Assembly (NCBI GenBank): GCA_035308545.1 | Contig: DATGGI010000161.1 | Coordinates: forward strand, 482 to 64,481 | DNA from: Usitatibacter sp. | Lineage (GTDB): Bacteria; Pseudomonadota; Gammaproteobacteria; Burkholderiales; Usitatibacteraceae | Direction: 5' to 3' | Length of the DNA stretch: 64,000 nucleotides | The notes under the pieces: model-generated | Databases searched by the model: none | The model's input: the letters and a program-made list of their open reading frames with translations, nothing else | What the model was told of the DNA's origin: nothing | In this document: positions 61,162 to 64,000 of the stretch, piece by piece | Layout: each line of letters opens with the position of its first letter | Position numbering within the stretch: position 1 is the stretch's first letter | Program-made: the position numbers and the translations under genes

Positions 61162-61183
61162 GGCGTCATTATAAGATTGCCGC

Positions 61184-61573
61184 ATGATCGGCATCCTCAT
61201 CGTCTCCCACGGCGCCTTCGGCGAATCGCTGATCCACTCCGCGAGCCACGTGCTGGGGCGCCGGCCCGTCTACCTGCGCCAGCTGGGCGTCACCGTGCAC
61301 GACGACCCCGAGGCGCTCATCCCGGTGGCCGAGGACCTCATCCGCTTCCTCGACCAGGGGCAGGGCGTGCTGGTGCTGACCGACATTTTCGGGGCCACGC
61401 CCTCGAACATCGCGGCGAAGCTGCTCAAGCCGGGAAAGGTCGAGGGCATCGCCGGCGTGAACCTGCCGATGCTGATCCGCGCGCTCACCTACCGCGAGGA
61501 GCCCCTGGAGGTCGCATTGGAGAAGGCCTTCTCCGGCGCATCCGAAGGCGTGATGCGCATGGGCGAGCCGTGA
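61184..61573 (+). CDS. PTS EIIA component, mannose/fructose (type 4) family
   Basis: 129 aa. MIGILIVSHGAFGESL carries the phospho-His of EIIA-Man. Confidence 0.8.
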   Translation: MIGILIVSHGAFGESLIHSASHVLGRRPVYLRQLGVTVHDDPEALIPVAEDLIRFLDQGQGVLVLTDIFGATPSNIAAKLLKPGKVEGIAGVNLPMLIRALTYREEPLEVALEKAFSGASEGVMRMGEP

Positions 61574-61839
61574 TCAGGCGCCCCGTGAAAGTCACGAACA
61601 AGCTCGGCCTGCACGCTCGCGCATCCGCGAAGCTCACGCAACTCGCCTCGCGCTTCCAGAGCGCGGTCTGGATCGAGCGCAACGGCCGCCGCGTGAACGC
61701 GAAGAGCATCATGGGCGTGATGATGCTCGCGGCCGGAATGGGATCCACGGTGGAGCTCGAGACCGATGGCGCCGACGAACAAACCGCGATCGACGAGATC
61801 GAAGCCCTCTTCAACGACAAGTTCGGGGAAGGGGAGTGA
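61570..61839 (+). CDS. ptsH: phosphocarrier protein HPr
   Basis: GTG 61570 overlaps the upstream stop (GTGA). 89 aa. His-15 region NKLGLHARAS and Ser-46 region NAKSIMGVM. Confidence 0.85.
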   Translation: MIRRPVKVTNKLGLHARASAKLTQLASRFQSAVWIERNGRRVNAKSIMGVMMLAAGMGSTVELETDGADEQTAIDEIEALFNDKFGEGE

Positions 61840-63590
61840 TGGACGGCGCGGCCTTCACGGTCTCGTTCACGATGCACGGCATCGGCGTGTCGGGCGGCAT
61901 CGCCATCGGCCACGCGCACCTTTTCGCGGGCATGTCCGCCGAGGTCGACCACTACGAGATCCCCGCGGGCGACATCTTCAAGGAACAACGCCGCTACGAC
62001 AAGGCGGTGAAGGAAGTGCGCGACGAGCTGACCGAGCTCACGACAAGCGTGCGCCACAGCGCCTCGGCCGAGCTCGCGCCCTTCGTGAACGTGCACCGCA
62101 TGCTCCTCGACGACGCGGCGTTCGCCGAAGCGCCGCGCGACATCATCCGCAAGCAGCATTGCAACGCCGAGTGGGCCCTGCGCCAGGAGCTGGACGAGCT
62201 CCTCGCCCAGTTCAGCGACATCGAGGATCCCTACCTCAAGCAACGCGAAGACGACGTCCGCCAGGTGGCCGAGCGCGTCCTCGGGGCGCTCGCCGGCACG
62301 CAGCGCCGCATCGCGACCAAGCCCGTGCGCGCGGACTCCTCGATCCTCGTGGCCCGCGACCTCTCGCCCGCCGACGTGATCCTCTTCCGCGAGCATCCGT
62401 TCGCCGCCTTCGTGACGGACCTGGGTGGGGCCACGTCGCACACGGCCATCATCGCCCGCTCCATGAACATTCCCGCGATCGTGGCGCTGCACCACTCGCG
62501 CACGATGATCCGGGAAGACGAGCTCATCATCGTGGACGGGACGCAGGGCGTGGTGATCGTGAATCCCGATGCCCACGTGCTCGCCGAGTACCGCCTCAAG
62601 CAGAACCAGGCCCGGCTCGAGCGCGACAAGCTGAAGCGCCTGAAGAGCGCGCCCGCCGCCACGCTCGACGGAACCGCGGTGCAGCTGCACGCCAACATCG
62701 AGCTGCCGGGCGACATCGATGCGGTGAAGGCGAGCGGCGCCACGGGCATCGGCCTTTTCCGCAGCGAGTTCCTCTTCATGAACCGCCGCGACCTTCCGGA
62801 CGAGGAGGAGCAGTACGAGGCCTATCGCGAAGTGGTCGAGCGCATGAAGGGCATGCCCGTCACGATCCGCACGCTCGACATCGGCGCCGACAAGCCGCTC
62901 GAAACCGGCGAGCACCCCCAGGCGGCGGTGAATCCGGCGCTCGGCCTGCGCGCCATCCGCTACTGCCTTGCCGAGCCGCAGATCTTCAACACGCAGCTTC
63001 GCGCGATCCTGCGCGCCTCGCGCCACGGCAAGGTGATGATCCTCATCCCGATGCTGTCCACGTGGAACGAGCTCACGCAGACGATGGCGGCCGTGGAGCA
63101 CGCGCGGCAGCAGCTGCGCGACGAGAAGGAGAAGTTCGACGAGTACACGCCGGTGGGCGGGATGATCGAAGTGCCGGCCGCGGCGATCGCGCTGCCCATG
63201 TTCATCCGCAAGCTCGATTTCCTCTCGGTGGGGACGAACGACCTCATCCAGTACACGCTCGCCATCGACCGCGCCGACGACCGCGTGGCGCACCTCTACG
63301 ATCCGCTGCACCCGGCGGTGCTGAACCTGCTCGCGGGGGTGATCCGCACCGCGCAGCAGCACGAGAAGCCGGTCGCGGTGTGCGGCGAGATGGCGGGCGA
63401 CGTGGACCTCACGCGGCTCCTGCTCGGATTCGGCCTCCGGCATTTTTCGATGCACCCCGCCCACCTCCTCGCGGTGAAGCAGCGCGTGCTCATGACGAGC
63501 CTGCCGGACATCGCGCCGGTGGTCGCGCGCATCCTGAAGACGGACGAGCCCGACCGCATGCAGTCCCTCATCGAGAAGCTTAACAGCTAG
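61836..63590 (+). CDS. ptsI: phosphoenolpyruvate-protein phosphotransferase (PTS Enzyme I)
   Basis: 584 aa. Phospho-His loop GGATSHTAIIARS, PEP-binding motifs GLFRSEFLF and CGEMAGD. The start is GTG 61836 or ATG 61839. Confidence 0.9.
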   Translation: MMDGAAFTVSFTMHGIGVSGGIAIGHAHLFAGMSAEVDHYEIPAGDIFKEQRRYDKAVKEVRDELTELTTSVRHSASAELAPFVNVHRMLLDDAAFAEAPRDIIRKQHCNAEWALRQELDELLAQFSDIEDPYLKQREDDVRQVAERVLGALAGTQRRIATKPVRADSSILVARDLSPADVILFREHPFAAFVTDLGGATSHTAIIARSMNIPAIVALHHSRTMIREDELIIVDGTQGVVIVNPDAHVLAEYRLKQNQARLERDKLKRLKSAPAATLDGTAVQLHANIELPGDIDAVKASGATGIGLFRSEFLFMNRRDLPDEEEQYEAYREVVERMKGMPVTIRTLDIGADKPLETGEHPQAAVNPALGLRAIRYCLAEPQIFNTQLRAILRASRHGKVMILIPMLSTWNELTQTMAAVEHARQQLRDEKEKFDEYTPVGGMIEVPAAAIALPMFIRKLDFLSVGTNDLIQYTLAIDRADDRVAHLYDPLHPAVLNLLAGVIRTAQQHEKPVAVCGEMAGDVDLTRLLLGFGLRHFSMHPAHLLAVKQRVLMTSLPDIAPVVARILKTDEPDRMQSLIEKLNS

Positions 63591-63602
63591 ACTGTCACGA
63601 CG

Positions 63603-64000
63603 ATGATCGTCGACCGCGACGAGAACAACCACCTCCGCGTCCAGGCGCAGCAGGCGGCATTGTTCGGCCTGCTGAAAGGCGGCATTCCGGTGGCCGAGCC
63701 CGCCGCGGCGTGGCCCGCGCTCACCGCGGCGCTCGCTTCGACGCTCGACATCCGGCGCGCCTCGGTGTGGCTGTTCAACGAAGACCGGTCCATCCTGCGC
63801 CTCGTCCACGAGCACGACTCGTCGGGCAACCCGCGCTCGCACGCGGAACTGGAAGCGGCCGCCTATCCCACGTACTTCAGGGCGTTGCTGGGCAACCGCA
63901 CCATCGTCGCGCCGGACGCGGCCACGGATCCGCGCACGAGCGAGTTCGAGCCCTACTTCAGCCGCGACAACGTGGTGTCGCTTCTCGACGCGGGCATCTG
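63603..64000 (+). CDS. GAF-domain-containing protein, N-terminal fragment (3' end lies outside the window)
   Basis: ATG 63603, with the frame open to the window edge. It is absent from the ORF track because no stop is reached. The translation MIVDRDENNHLRVQAQQ...IRRASVWLFNEDRSILRLVHEHD... has a GAF-like pattern. Confidence 0.55.
   Translation, partial: MIVDRDENNHLRVQAQQAALFGLLKGGIPVAEPAAAWPALTAALASTLDIRRASVWLFNEDRSILRLVHEHDSSGNPRSHAELEAAAYPTYFRALLGNRTIVAPDAATDPRTSEFEPYFSRDNVVSLLDAGI

Noticed and set aside
1-64000. tRNA, rRNA, tmRNA, riboswitch or prophage/integrative element content.
   Set aside because: The intergenic regions are short, mostly under 150 nt. None shows cloverleaf-like or rRNA-like sequence, and no integrase, transposase or phage structural gene motif was seen. 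A covariance-model scan (Infernal/tRNAscan) would be the definitive check.

Overview
This is a very GC-rich, densely packed chromosomal segment of a Gram-negative bacterium. The gene content (HemJ, TamA/TamB, UbiE/UbiJ/UbiB, an EIIA-Man/HPr/EI regulatory PTS, class II RNR) fits a beta- or gamma-proteobacterium best; the sequence alone does not allow a closer assignment. I call about 65 protein-coding genes. Many are joined by 4-nt start/stop overlaps (ATGA/GTGA). I found no rRNA, tRNA, CRISPR array, transposase, integrase or phage gene. The ORF track contains many long Arg/Ala/Gly/Pro-rich ORFs that are antisense or out of frame to recognisable genes; these are high-GC artefacts.

Gene content, left to right:
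- bioA (3' end), PBP4, AidB-like ACAD, a membrane protein, a THUMP methyltransferase and HemJ.
- An envelope redox block (ScsB/DsbD-like, redoxin, YHS lipoprotein) followed by an ECF sigma factor and a membrane partner.
- A tightly coupled hydrolase / ferredoxin / VanZ / gamma-CA block.
- Three tandem LytS-type kinase / LytTR regulator pairs.
- Two paralogous sodium:solute symporters.
- A CUT1-type ABC sugar importer.
- A class D (OXA-like) beta-lactamase.
- A CHASE3-GGDEF protein, an acyltransferase, an EEP nuclease/phosphatase and an O-methyltransferase.
- A five-gene operon: cytochrome c peroxidase, porin, FMN-binding protein, ApbE and a 4-TM His-rich protein.
- UbiB, a histidine phosphatase and a hydrolase.
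- A signalling island: Ser/Thr kinase-Cache-HAMP, a sensor-like membrane protein, a sensor-HAMP-MFS fusion, a PF04392-like binding protein, two tandem TerB/PH-like paralogs and a class III cyclase-FHA.
- MsrA, NrdJ and a cysteine synthase.
- DUF971-ubiE-ubiJ-tamA-tamB, then EIIA-Man/HPr/EI, then a GAF protein that runs off the right edge.

Most noteworthy observations:
1. The ApbE-centred putative extracytoplasmic electron-transfer operon attached to a peroxidase and a porin.
2. The phospho-Thr/cNMP signalling island with unusual domain fusions.
3. The triple LytS/LytTR array, in which one kinase carries a C-terminal multi-TM extension.
4. A family of 120-160 bp MITE/REP-like elements whose inverted arms are built from 9-10 nt tandem sub-repeats (three copies).

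All functional calls rest on motifs I recognised by eye. No database search was run.
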